From: Bdellovibrionales bacterium
GTDB lineage: Bacteria; Bdellovibrionota; Bdellovibrionia; Bdellovibrionales; JAUICD01
Length of the DNA: 64,000 nucleotides
Direction: 5' to 3'
Assembly: GCA_965203275.1 (NCBI GenBank)
Contig: OZ241865.1
Location: 1,824,001-1,888,000, forward strand
Shown here: positions 52,856 through 63,000 of the stretch, piece after piece
How the letters are laid out: each line of letters starts with the position of its first letter
How positions within the stretch are numbered: position 1 is the first letter of the stretch
Translations under genes and position numbers: made by a program
Notes under the pieces: generated by a model
The model's input: the letters and a program-made list of their open reading frames with translations, nothing else
Databases searched by the model: none
What the model was told of the DNA's origin: nothing

Positions 52856-54124
52856 ATGAAGATTTCCAAATTTAAAGCCCAAAATATAAAATGTTTTAAA
52901 GAAGTTGAAGTTTCATTTGAAACAGAAGCTTCAGAAACAGAAACTCCAAAATCTAAGAATTGGTCTCTGATTGTCGGGGACAATGGACAAGGTAAAACGA
53001 CTTTGCTAAGATGTATTGCCCTAGGTCTATGCGATGCTTCTGAAGTTGCTGCTTTGATTCTTGAACTGCACGGAGGCATTTTAAGAAATGATGAAAGTGA
53101 AGGCTCTATTGAAATCATTTTGAAAGATAAAAAAAATCAAAAATACAAAATTAAAACTCAAATAACATTCAATGGAAATACTGAAAATATATTTCAAGAA
53201 ATATTCAAACTCAAATCTAACGGCACATCAGATAAATTAAATAAAGAAGATGAAAGTCGAATTAGAGAACAGATATTTACCGTTGGCTATGGTCCTGGCA
53301 GATCTATCACAGGAAACAAATCTTATGAAGAATATGCTGTTGTAGATGCTCTATATACCTTATTTAATTATGAATATTATCTACAAAATGTAGAATTAGG
53401 CATGAGAAGACTTAACTCACAAAAAAAGCAAGAAAAATTACAAGAATCATTAAAAGAAATACTTATGTTTGATCCAGAGACTAAAATTTATTTATCGGAA
53501 AAAGGTATATATGTCAAACATCCTCAATGGGGAGATAAATCTTTTAACTCTTTAGGTGATGGCTATCGGTCATTAACTACTGTGATTGTAGATTTTTTAA
53601 GTTGGAGATTGCTGTACAACAATAAACAATTTGACTTTAAAAATACTTCAGGCATTTTTATTATTGATGAGCTAGAGCAACATCTTCATCCTAGGTGGCA
53701 AAGAAGAATTATTAAGTTACTTGCAGAGCAGTTTCCTAACATGCAATTTATAGCCAGTACACATTCATCTATTTGTGCTTTGGGCTTAAACGACTTAGAA
53801 TCTTCACAGCTCCTCAAAGCATCTTATACAAACCACCACAGTGAAATAACATCTTATGATATGAAAGAAGAATATAAAGGTTACAGAGTAGATCAAATTC
53901 TTACTTCTGAGATTTTTGACCTTGAAGATACAAGAAGTCTTACGATTGAAAAAAAGCTTTAAAAATACAGAGAAATTTATTTAAAAGAAGAAGACCAAAG
54001 AACACCTAAAGAAAAGCAAGAACTTAAAGAGATAGAAGAAGAATTAAAAAATTTACCTGTTTGGGATACAGTGCAGAACAGAAAAATGATGGAATCTATT
54101 CAAAAAAAGTTAGGTATCCAATAA
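52856..54124 (+). pseudogene. ABC-type AAA ATPase (PtuA-like) with an in-frame TAA at 53960-53962
   Basis: GDNGQGKTT, SLGDGY, IIDELEQHLHPRWQ, STHS; the frame stays open for 53 more codons to TAA 54122-54124. Confidence 0.85.
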
Positions 54125-54873
54125 TGATAAAAATTAAACGAAAAAATCCTCCTGAGACCAAAATGGACAAAAACAGAGATAAAGAGATCAATAAACTCAG
54201 AGAGCAAAATGATAAAAATCAAAAACTGAAGTTTGAATCAAAGTATTGGGGATCAGGTTCTGGCGTTAAAGAGTTTCTTTTTCAATCTCAACATGGTAAA
54301 TGTTGTTATTGTGAAAGAAAAAGAGACCAAAGGGAGCTTGATGTGGAACATTTTAGACCAAAAGCCCGATTAAAAGGTTGCCAAGAACATAAAGGTTATT
54401 GGTGGAAAGCTTATGATTTGGATAATTTGTTGATCTCTTGTAAAAAATGTAACCAGGAATATAAAAAAGATAAATTCCCATTAGAGGATGAAAGTCAAAG
54501 AGCATATAATGAAAAAGACGATTTAACAAAAGAAAAGCCAATTTTAATCAATCCTCTAACGGAAAATCCAGAAGATTTTATAGAGTATGATCTTTCTCAA
54601 AATAAACCATTGATGATTAAAGCCATTGGGAAAAACAAAAGGGGCCAACAGACAGTCAATCCATTAACTGGCATCAATGATCAAGCACTACTTGAAGAAC
54701 GAGCAAAAAAGTTTTACATGCTAAGGTTAATTGTTTTATCTCAGGCATCTCAACAAAAGGATATATCAATAAAAGATGCAATTAAAGAATATCAAAAATC
54801 TTCAAATGCTCTTGCAGGGTTTGCAAGGTTTTATTTTAGGCATTGTTTTAACTCTCAGGGAGGTCTCAAATGA
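54124..54873 (+). CDS. HNH endonuclease (PtuB / retron-effector-like)
   Basis: KCCYCE, DVEHFRPK, YWWKAYDLDNLLISCKKCN, PILINP; TAATG overlap with the extended ATPase frame. Confidence 0.88.
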   Translation: MIKIKRKNPPETKMDKNRDKEINKLREQNDKNQKLKFESKYWGSGSGVKEFLFQSQHGKCCYCERKRDQRELDVEHFRPKARLKGCQEHKGYWWKAYDLDNLLISCKKCNQEYKKDKFPLEDESQRAYNEKDDLTKEKPILINPLTENPEDFIEYDLSQNKPLMIKAIGKNKRGQQTVNPLTGINDQALLEERAKKFYMLRLIVLSQASQQKDISIKDAIKEYQKSSNALAGFARFYFRHCFNSQGGLK

Positions 54874-56030
54874 TTCATCAGCTCATATCTAAAAACCTTT
54901 TACCTTCTCGCACTCCCTATTTTCTTATTGATAAAGAAAAACTTAAAAACAAAGCATCTTTCCATAAAAAAATAGCAGAGGAATCTAAAATAAAAATCAT
55001 CTACTCTCTCAAAACATTTTCTCATATAGAACCTCTTAAGGAAATTGCAAAATATGTCACAGGGTTTTCTGCTAGTTCACTCTTTGAAGCCAAACTAGCA
55101 AAGCAATTGAGCAATAATAAATACACTATTCATTTTGTTAGTCCAGGTATCCAATATAGCCAATGGAATGACCTATCTGAATTAATTCAGTTTATGACCT
55201 TTAACTCTTTAGAACAATTGACAAGATTTCAAAACGATCTGCACTCTCAAGTAAGCTATGGCATTCGCATTAATCCAGAAATATCTTTTATTAAAGATGA
55301 TCGTTATAATCCTTGTAGGCGATCTTCTAAGCTAGGTGTTCCTCTCTCAAATATTTTGGAATTTTTAAAAAACTCTAAACTTAAAAATAAACTGACAGGG
55401 CTACATTTTCATAATAATCATGATAGTTTTGATATATCTGAACTGAAAAAAACATTTCATCAAATAGAATCTTCTTTAGGAGAGCATCTTAAGCATTTCC
55501 ATTGGATTAACTTAGGAGGCGGTTATAGTTACACTCAAGAAAATATATCTGATTTTTATAAATTAATAGAATACATCAAGCAAAAATATGATTTTAAACA
55601 AATGATTATAGAGCCTGGGACTTCTTTTGTTAAAGATTGTGTTTATTTAGTTTCTTCTGTTATTGATATTTTTCAAAGAGATGGGCAAGATGTTGCTATT
55701 TTGGATACCACTACAAATCACTTACCAGAAATTCTTGAATACCAATTTATACCTCTTATCTCAAATACAGATACATCAGGTGTTTATAAATATTTACTTT
55801 CTGGTTGTAGTTGTCTTGCAGGAGATCTTTTTGGTAGTCATTCCTTTAAAAGTCCACTTGAAATAGGATCAAAGATCATATTTAAGGAAGTGGGTAGTTA
55901 CTCCTTAGTTAAATCTCATTTTTTCAATGGTATTAACTTACCTGATATTTATTATTTAGAAGACAACAAAAATATAAGGGAGATAAAAATTCACACATTT
56001 GAAGATTATATAAGACGTTGCGGAGGATAA
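54870..56030 (+). CDS. Carboxynorspermidine decarboxylase-like PLP enzyme (NspC family)
   Basis: TPYFLID, YSLK, SASSLFEAKLA, RINPE, YNPC, GLHFH, INLGGG, EPG, SCLAGD, FFNGINLP. Confidence 0.85.
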   Translation: MIHQLISKNLLPSRTPYFLIDKEKLKNKASFHKKIAEESKIKIIYSLKTFSHIEPLKEIAKYVTGFSASSLFEAKLAKQLSNNKYTIHFVSPGIQYSQWNDLSELIQFMTFNSLEQLTRFQNDLHSQVSYGIRINPEISFIKDDRYNPCRRSSKLGVPLSNILEFLKNSKLKNKLTGLHFHNNHDSFDISELKKTFHQIESSLGEHLKHFHWINLGGGYSYTQENISDFYKLIEYIKQKYDFKQMIIEPGTSFVKDCVYLVSSVIDIFQRDGQDVAILDTTTNHLPEILEYQFIPLISNTDTSGVYKYLLSGCSCLAGDLFGSHSFKSPLEIGSKIIFKEVGSYSLVKSHFFNGINLPDIYYLEDNKNIREIKIHTFEDYIRRCGG

Positions 56031-56058
56031 GGTAACATGTTGCGGAGGATGAGATAAC

Positions 56059-57360
56059 ATGCAATGTTTTGAAAAGGAAGTCTTAATTCCAAAGCATCAA
56101 AAAAATCAAGGATTGCTTGATCATTTTAAAAAGGAAACTCTTAGTTCATTAAACAAAGAAAGATTACTCCCAATAAGATTAATTGTTACAAACAGCTTAG
56201 GTTCAACATATAAATGTGAAGTAAGTGTTGTAGACACAAAAGAAGATAACGATTTTACAGAGATAGAAAATTTATTTAAGTTTGAAAAAAGATTATATGA
56301 AAATACAAAAAATTTCAATGTTGTTTTACTCATCCCTACAGGCATCGACTGTGAAATTGGAGGCCATGCTGGAGATGCCACTCCAGTAGCAAGGCTTTTA
56401 GCGACTTCTTGTGATCATTTAATTCTTCACCCTAATGTTTGCAATGCATCAGATATTAATGAGATGCCTGAAAATAGTCTCTATGTGGAAGGAGGTGTGA
56501 TCAGCCGTCTTATGATGGGTACTATTGGATTGCAACCTACTAGGTCAAATAGAATTTTAGCCATTATAGATAAGAATAAGCATACTTATATCAAAAACAT
56601 TGCAATCAATGCTATCAATGCAGCAAGAGCCACATTAGGTATTGATTGTTTAGATATTATAGAACTTTCTCATCCTCTCTCTATGACATCAAATTATTCA
56701 TCTTCAAAGAGGGCTGTTGGCCATATTGAAAACTTAGATATTTTATTTTCCACCTTAAAAGAATACAAAAGTACTTATGATGCTCTTGCTATTTCTTCAA
56801 TAATTAAAGTACCTCAAAATTATCACGCAGATTATTTTCAAGGTAGTATGATCAATCCATGGGGAGGGATAGAAGCGATGCTAACTCATGCTCTTTCTTA
56901 TAAGCTCAACATACCTTCTGCTCATGCCCCTATGTGTGAAGCTCCTGAAATAGCAAACATGGATCCTGGAATTGTAGACGCTAGAATGTCTGCGGAGGCT
57001 ATTTCAACTTCTTTTTTCTACAGTGTGCTGAAAGGACTTTATAAAAGCCCTAAGATTATAACGAATAAAGATATATTTTACACAAATGATATTTTCTCAG
57101 TTAAAGATATATCTTGCTTAATTATACCAGCAGGTTGTTTAGGAATACCGACTTTAGCTGCACTAGAACAAGGAATTAAAGTCATTGCTGTCAAAGAAAA
57201 CAAAAATCTTATGCAAAATGATTTATCAGATCTTCCGTGGGCTAAAGGGCAATTTATTCAAGTAGATAATTACTTAGAAGCTACTGGTGTTTTAAATGCT
57301 ATTAAAAGTGGTATTTCATCATCTTCTGTCAGGCGTCCACTCAACACACTTAAAAATTAA
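56059..57360 (+). CDS. DUF3326-like protein with N-terminal extension
   Basis: VLLIPTGIDCEIGGHAGDA, HPNVCN, NPWGGIEA, AHAP, VDNYLEATG. Confidence 0.75.
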   Translation: MQCFEKEVLIPKHQKNQGLLDHFKKETLSSLNKERLLPIRLIVTNSLGSTYKCEVSVVDTKEDNDFTEIENLFKFEKRLYENTKNFNVVLLIPTGIDCEIGGHAGDATPVARLLATSCDHLILHPNVCNASDINEMPENSLYVEGGVISRLMMGTIGLQPTRSNRILAIIDKNKHTYIKNIAINAINAARATLGIDCLDIIELSHPLSMTSNYSSSKRAVGHIENLDILFSTLKEYKSTYDALAISSIIKVPQNYHADYFQGSMINPWGGIEAMLTHALSYKLNIPSAHAPMCEAPEIANMDPGIVDARMSAEAISTSFFYSVLKGLYKSPKIITNKDIFYTNDIFSVKDISCLIIPAGCLGIPTLAALEQGIKVIAVKENKNLMQNDLSDLPWAKGQFIQVDNYLEATGVLNAIKSGISSSSVRRPLNTLKN

Positions 57361-57448
57361 CCTTATAAAAAATGATAAAAATTAAACGAAGAGATCATCC
57401 TAAGGACAAAATGGAGCAAGACAGAAATAAAAAACTCAATAAGGAAGC

Positions 57449-58312
57449 TTGCAAATGCTATCAGATAAAATCATTGATAAAAAAGGATATTCTTTTAACA
57501 AAGCAAACGATAGCTTTTTTGATCTACAACCTCAGTTGACAACTCGATCGCCCTTACGTTATCCAGGAGGAAAGAGCCGAGCTGTGTCGGCTATCCTTCC
57601 TTATATACCAGCAGGTACAAAAAAAATCTGTTCTCCTTTTTTTGGTGGAGGTTCTTTAGAACTTGCTTTGATGAATCGTGGCATGACAATATTAGGTTCT
57701 GATATTTTTCCTCCACTTGTAGATTTTTGGCAAGAAACAATTAAAAATCCTATAAAGCTTTCCAAGCAGGTTCAAAAATATTTTCCACTTTTAAAGAATA
57801 AATTTTACACTCTTCAGAAAAATTACACCAGTTTGCCAGATCAACTTCAGAGAGCAGCAGTTTTCTTTGTACTTAATAGATGTTCTTTCTCCGGAACGAC
57901 TCTTTCAGGGGGCATGTCTCCAGGTCATCCTCGATTTACTCCATCAGCCATAGATAGACTAAGAAATTTCCATTCAGTTGGATTGACAGTCAAACAAGCC
58001 GATTACAAAGTAGCTCTTAGAGAAAATGCAGACATACTAGCTTACCTTGATCCACCCTATCTTATTGAAAGTGATAATCTTTATGGAGCTAGAGGGGATA
58101 CTCATAAAGGATTTAACCATGAAGAATTAGCTTCTATACTTAAGATGCATGATCGCTGGATACTTTCTTATAATGATTGCCTAAAAATCAGAAAGTTCTA
58201 TAAATATGCACGCATATTCAAACCTCGATGGGCATACGGTATGTCTAACAGCAAAAAATCAGCAGAACTTTTAATTATTAGTCCAAGTCTTTCAAAGAGG
58301 CTTTCCAAATGA
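57449..58312 (+). CDS. DNA adenine methylase (Dam/D12 class)
   Basis: LRYPGGKS, PFFGGGS, YLDPPY, WILSYND. Confidence 0.92.
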   Translation: MQMLSDKIIDKKGYSFNKANDSFFDLQPQLTTRSPLRYPGGKSRAVSAILPYIPAGTKKICSPFFGGGSLELALMNRGMTILGSDIFPPLVDFWQETIKNPIKLSKQVQKYFPLLKNKFYTLQKNYTSLPDQLQRAAVFFVLNRCSFSGTTLSGGMSPGHPRFTPSAIDRLRNFHSVGLTVKQADYKVALRENADILAYLDPPYLIESDNLYGARGDTHKGFNHEELASILKMHDRWILSYNDCLKIRKFYKYARIFKPRWAYGMSNSKKSAELLIISPSLSKRLSK

Positions 58313-58839
58313 AAAAATATATTTTTATTCTATTTATAACCTTGCTTGTTTCTAGCGATTCTCTAGGGCATATAGACTATCCAAATCCCTATCAACTCAT
58401 GTTGCTTGTTTCTAGCGATTCTCAATTATCTAAGATCTGTTCTGAGGTCCTTATGCCCAAATCTCAAAAAGCTATTAAAGATGGCTTATGGGCCTTAAGT
58501 GAGAGTGAATTATTGATGCTCAATAATGACTTACTAAAGTTTGTTCGTGTCGGTGACCCTAAATCGGTAAGGGAATTGCTAGCGGCCGGTGCAGACGTCG
58601 ATTATCAGGACAATGATGGCCATACGGCTTTAATGATAGCCGCTCTTAAAGGCCATACTGAGCTTGTAAGGCTATTGATAGCGGCCGGTGCAGACGTCAA
58701 TCTTCAAGACAATAATGGCAATACGGTTTTAAAGCTATTAATAGAGTCTGGAATAGATGTCAAAGGTGCTTTACTGTATGCTCTTGAAAGAGGCCCTAAT
58801 ATTGTAGGGCTATTGATAGCGGCCGGTGCTACAGAATAA
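58309..58839 (+). CDS. Secreted ankyrin-repeat protein
   Basis: Signal peptide; GADVDYQDNDGHTALMIAA; GADVNLQDNNGNT. Confidence 0.88.
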   Translation: MKKYIFILFITLLVSSDSLGHIDYPNPYQLMLLVSSDSQLSKICSEVLMPKSQKAIKDGLWALSESELLMLNNDLLKFVRVGDPKSVRELLAAGADVDYQDNDGHTALMIAALKGHTELVRLLIAAGADVNLQDNNGNTVLKLLIESGIDVKGALLYALERGPNIVGLLIAAGATE

Positions 58840-58909
58840 GACCACTTCTATATTTGTCTCACATATCAATCTTTAGTCTTGTATTGATTGCCATGCCTTC
58901 AAAGAGCGA

Positions 58910-59527
58910 ATGAAAAGACTTTTAAATGATATTGAAATTTTAAAGCTGAATATAGGCATTATTTGTGTTGCTTATATGAGAAAAGAAAGGGCTACAGTGG
59001 ACTCTTTACATTCCTTATATGGAAGTGGGGTCCAAAGTCAAGTGGCAACGGCAGTGTGGAAAGTTAGAGAAAAAAAAGACGATTCAGGCTATATCCTATC
59101 TTTAGAGAAGTCCAACTGGCATAAAAATAAGAGACATGGTGGATTTGAGTATAATATTGTCGGTAAGGAAATACCAAATAAGTTTATAGCTACTGGTGTT
59201 GAATTATCAGACGAGGATAAGCAATTTGGAGCGATTGAGAACTTAACATATTTAGATTTGAGTTATAATGACTTAAAAAAGTTATGTGTCGATGATTTGC
59301 CAAATCAAGTCAAAAAAGACGAAAAAAATACAATAATAAGGAAAATACTTGATGGTAAGGATAAAATACAACTAAAAGAAGTCAAATCAATGGCAATCCA
59401 AAGAGGTTTAACACCATCATTCCTTAGATATAACCTAAGAGAGATATATCTTATCTTAGATTATAAGCTCATAGCCGAAGGCAAGCCTCCGGATAGAATA
59501 TATTATCTAGTCAAAAATAAGCATTAA
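58910..59527 (+). CDS. Hypothetical protein, possibly the C-terminal part of an AAA_25/RepA-type helicase
   Basis: SLYGSGVQSQVATAVWKV...LEKSN resembles the post-Walker-B region; no Walker A in the ORF. Confidence 0.4.
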   Translation: MKRLLNDIEILKLNIGIICVAYMRKERATVDSLHSLYGSGVQSQVATAVWKVREKKDDSGYILSLEKSNWHKNKRHGGFEYNIVGKEIPNKFIATGVELSDEDKQFGAIENLTYLDLSYNDLKKLCVDDLPNQVKKDEKNTIIRKILDGKDKIQLKEVKSMAIQRGLTPSFLRYNLREIYLILDYKLIAEGKPPDRIYYLVKNKH

Positions 59528-59933
59528 TCTTAGGATTGACATTTTAGGATTGACACACACACCGAAAAACGTCAATCCTAACAATCCTATGTTGAAACCC
59601 ATTTTTTTTGAGTTTCACGGCTTTTTCACAAAAAAACATCAATTTTAAATGAATTTTCAATTTTAAAACGTCAATCCTAAAATTGATGCCGGGATTTATA
59701 GCTGAAAGTGGGTTTATTTGCATATCAGGATTATTAAATTGGAATTAAGAATCGTGAAACCTACTTTTTAGTCGGTTTCGTGGCAAATATAGCTATGATC
59801 CGCACAAAAAAAGACCGTATTTTATAAATGCGGCCAATATTTAGATAAAAGTGTTGTATTATTTTTATCGGCATCTATTGACTTTTCTTTACTTTTAACT
59901 TAAAAGGCTTATAATAAAATAAGGAAGGTCAAA

Positions 59934-60164
59934 ATGAAATTAAAAGAAAGTGCAATTTTTTTAGGAACATTTATATTTGGTATCTTTGGTGTTGTGGCAA
60001 GTTTATTTTATATAGGTGATATATTGAATGATCCTATACGAACACAAATAAGTCATATTGAACAAAGAATTGATGATGTTGAAGATAAGATTGATGATAT
60101 GGCTAAACAAAATGAAGAGTTTCAAAAGGAAGTGAGAACATTTATTAAAGCCTCAAATAATTAA
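59934..60164 (+). CDS. Small TM plus coiled-coil protein
   Basis: RBS aaggaagg; TM followed by IEQRIDDVEDKIDD. Confidence 0.6.
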   Translation: MKLKESAIFLGTFIFGIFGVVASLFYIGDILNDPIRTQISHIEQRIDDVEDKIDDMAKQNEEFQKEVRTFIKASNN

Positions 60165-60230
60165 CATTATCCAAAGAGGGTGATATAAAATAATTTCTAC
60201 TATTGTAGATAAAATTCATGATTCCATATC

Positions 60231-60259
60231 AAAAGAGGCTTGATAACCTCTTTTTTTTT
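60231..60259 (+). terminator. Intrinsic terminator
   Basis: aaaagagg-cttgataa-cctctttttttt. Confidence 0.6.
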
Positions 60260-60344
60260 GTATATATTAAGATTGATTATCGTAAGGCCCTCCGAGGGCA
60301 ACTGACACAACACCAAACCGCTAATTTTGATAAGGATTGCTTAT

Positions 60345-60680
60345 ATGGATAAGAAAGAAACTGAGAATAATAAGAAAGTATTGTATGGCAATCTTTTACT
60401 GACTTTGTTTGATAAAATGAAAGATAAAGGGATAGATGTTTTTAAGTTTGTAGATTATTTCATAAAGGCAAGTAACGAGGCATCGATGATAATGAAAGAA
60501 AATAAAGAGAAGGCAGATATTTACATAGATGAGCAGTATAAAAGAATGAATCCTGAAGAGCAGTTTTATTGTCGAATACTTTCTCTTCTTTTATCTTTGG
60601 CATCTTTTGATAAGATAAATGGTGTTGATATGATCAATAGAGCTTATCATGTACACAAAAAACCAATAGATCAAAGATAG
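60345..60680 (+). CDS. Hypothetical protein
   Basis: ORF MDKKETENN... preceded by aagga. Confidence 0.45.
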   Translation: MDKKETENNKKVLYGNLLLTLFDKMKDKGIDVFKFVDYFIKASNEASMIMKENKEKADIYIDEQYKRMNPEEQFYCRILSLLLSLASFDKINGVDMINRAYHVHKKPIDQR

Positions 60681-60928
60681 AATACAGATCAATAAACACT
60701 TGAAAAAAATACCATCTCTAAAAAAGAAATTCTATTCTTTGAGTCTCTTCAAATTAAGCATCGGGCGGGGCGAGTGGGTGGGGTTTGCTCTTTGGACAAA
60801 AAAATCAAAGAATCCCATAAAAAAGACTATTTGGAGTTATTTTGAATTAAAAAAAAGTGGAAAAAACCCTTGTTTTCCGGAAAAGCAAATCGGCATGACA
60901 AAAAAAGACCATAGAGTTAAATTAAGGC

Positions 60929-61246
60929 ATGACTAAGAAATCTCAAAATTCAAATTCAGATAAAAAAAAGACATATTATCACCGGAAAGCATGGAAGGTT
61001 TTAAGATTAGAAATCTTAAGAGAGCAACCTTATTGTAGAATGTGCTTAAAGAAACGTATTTTTACCAAAGCGACCCATATTGATCATATTAACGGCTTTA
61101 ATAATGAGGATGAGTTCTTTGATAGAGATAATCTTCAAGCTTTATGTTTGCCTTGCCATTCAAGTAAAACCCATGCGGCCGGGGGCGACGACTGGTTTCG
61201 TCGACGAAAGGCCAAACTCGGAGTTATAGAATATTTTGATTATTAA
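60929..61246 (+). CDS. Phage-type HNH endonuclease (gp74-like)
   Basis: WKVLR...EQPYCRMC...ATHIDHI...NLQALCLPCHSSKT. Confidence 0.85.
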   Translation: MTKKSQNSNSDKKKTYYHRKAWKVLRLEILREQPYCRMCLKKRIFTKATHIDHINGFNNEDEFFDRDNLQALCLPCHSSKTHAAGGDDWFRRRKAKLGVIEYFDY

Positions 61247-61527
61247 ATGGTCGATTTTCAACTTCTAAGCTCAACTGCCTGTAAGCCAATAACCATCACA
61301 AAAAACTCATATTTTTTTTGTTAAGACCTCGCAATCGTTAGAGGCTGAGTCCCCACAAGGGACTCCATACCATGTTTTTTATCCTAAAGTAAGTCTGAAA
61401 GCCCTGCCGATAGAGTATCTTGACGTATTTTGTCTACATTGACCATTTTTGTCTCCCATCAGAAGACCTGGGTTACTTCACTTTAGTATTTGCAGGGTTT
61501 TTAGTCTATTAGACAAAAAAACAATTA

Positions 61528-61543
61528 TGGCCTATACTTTGCA
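61528..61543 (+). promoter_or_regulatory. Possible sigma-54 promoter
   Basis: TGGCCTATACTTTGCA (GG-N10-GC), upstream of 61601. Confidence 0.5.
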
Positions 61544-61600
61544 GGTATATACTTTAATATTATTTCTTTATTCCATAAAACTAAAAAACACGGAGTTAAA

Positions 61601-62593
61601 GTGAGTATTAAATTTTATAAAACCATATTGTTAGTTGTATTTTGTTTATCTTTCATAAGTCCTATAAATTTACAAGCCTATTGTCAATTTGAAGGATGCG
61701 GTGGTTCAAGCAATTTAGATGAAGCCCCTCTTACACTTCAAGAAGCTCAGGAAATAAAGGAATTCTACACGTCTGTTGAACGTGCCTTATCAGAAAACCT
61801 TGAGGTCCTATCAGATGGTACATATCAAGTGACCTTTCCTCAAAATATAAATGTTTTATTGGGTACGGGAATGGCCGTGGTAGCTGGAGATCATGGTGGT
61901 TGGCCTAATAAAGTTAAGACGCCATCTAGATCGGACTCGGACATTCGAATTAGCAATGAAAGATGGGAGACGAATAATAGAGTTTTAAGGGATTTTTTTA
62001 GAAATAGACCTCATACATCTATAAAAGGGGATGGGTTTTTAAGGGGTGGTTTTTTAGGAATGACCGAAATGACAATTAATATTGATGATCCCAGAGGAAA
62101 ATATGCCCTTCTTATTAAGCGTACAAGAAGTGATGGTTGGGAATATAATAAAGTATTTTTCTATCGTAAATTTGATAGAAATTGGGTAGCATCCCCTACA
62201 TATTGGACTTTTGACCTGGGTTATTGGGAGAAGGATAGAAGAGCTGGTAGAAATTACTTAAATAACTTGGTCAACTCATTACAGTCAGATGATCCACAAG
62301 ATTTTGAAAACTACCTTAGAGCAAGGAGAATTAAATGGACCGGTGAGGTGTTCGCAAGAAAAATGATAAAAGCTGGTAGATTTGTAGGACGATGGACCTT
62401 TCGAGCTGTTTTAGCTGGTGCAAGTATTGTGGGCGGTCAAATGCTCTTTGAATATGCTCAAGAGAATCACCCGGAAGAAACAAAGCTTGTTATAGCTATC
62501 ACAAAAGAACAATGGGAAAAATTGGTCACTAACGTAAGAGGCATCATCGAAGAGCTTTCTGAAAATAACGTCCTTAATGAACTTGAATTATAA
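61601..62593 (+). CDS. Hypothetical secreted protein; N-terminus shared with the 63743 ORF
   Basis: RBS ggag, GTG start, signal peptide. Confidence 0.65.
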   Translation: MSIKFYKTILLVVFCLSFISPINLQAYCQFEGCGGSSNLDEAPLTLQEAQEIKEFYTSVERALSENLEVLSDGTYQVTFPQNINVLLGTGMAVVAGDHGGWPNKVKTPSRSDSDIRISNERWETNNRVLRDFFRNRPHTSIKGDGFLRGGFLGMTEMTINIDDPRGKYALLIKRTRSDGWEYNKVFFYRKFDRNWVASPTYWTFDLGYWEKDRRAGRNYLNNLVNSLQSDDPQDFENYLRARRIKWTGEVFARKMIKAGRFVGRWTFRAVLAGASIVGGQMLFEYAQENHPEETKLVIAITKEQWEKLVTNVRGIIEELSENNVLNELEL

Positions 62594-63000
62594 GTCCTGA
62601 CTTTTAAGAGAATTGCTAGCGGCCAGAGCTACAGAATAATACCAATTCTATATTTGTCTTACATATCAATCTTTAGTCTTGTATTGATTGCCATGCCTTT
62701 TTTGAAGTCTCAAACATCGAAACCTTACAAACCATTCTATTAAAACTACTGGATGATACTTGATTGTCTTTTTTTTAGACTTTTGAGCTTTATCCATAAC
62801 CAAATACTCCCATATCTTTGAGTCTGATTATTTAAAACAAAAAAGTAAACAGATAACAATCTATGTTATGAAAATTCTTTATCGGGTTTTACAAAAATAT
62901 CAATCATCCGGTTTAGCAGGCACGTAGAGGATGACACAACTTTAAATATTTATTGAGTAAAAATAATAATGAAAAAGGATGTAAAACATGAAAAGCTTAC

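Larger units (their letters stand above)
58812..62699. mobile_element. 3.8-kb phage/satellite-like remnant bounded by ~88-bp direct repeats
   Basis: 58812-58899 is nearly identical to 62612-62699; contains a helicase-like fragment, iteron-like motifs and a small HNH gene. Confidence 0.5.

Noticed and set aside
53960..53962. Stop-codon recoding (Sec/Pyl or alternative genetic code)
   Set aside because: The codon is TAA, which terminates many normal genes in this window.
54061..54123. TTG-start extension of the HNH gene
   Set aside because: It overlaps the ATPase tail in another frame; ATG 54124 fits translational coupling.
52620..54873. Retron (type I-A) next to the PtuAB-like genes
   Set aside because: No RT gene nearby; the upstream hairpins belong to the dispersed repeat family.
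56017..56060. 22-bp tandem duplication of the RBS region between the NspC-like and DUF3326 genes; also a 14-bp duplication near 24122-24151
   Set aside because: Real, but most simply explained as local slippage with no evident function.
60700..60936. 78-aa ORF before the phage HNH gene
   Set aside because: TTG start, no clear RBS or motif, low complexity; may be non-coding.
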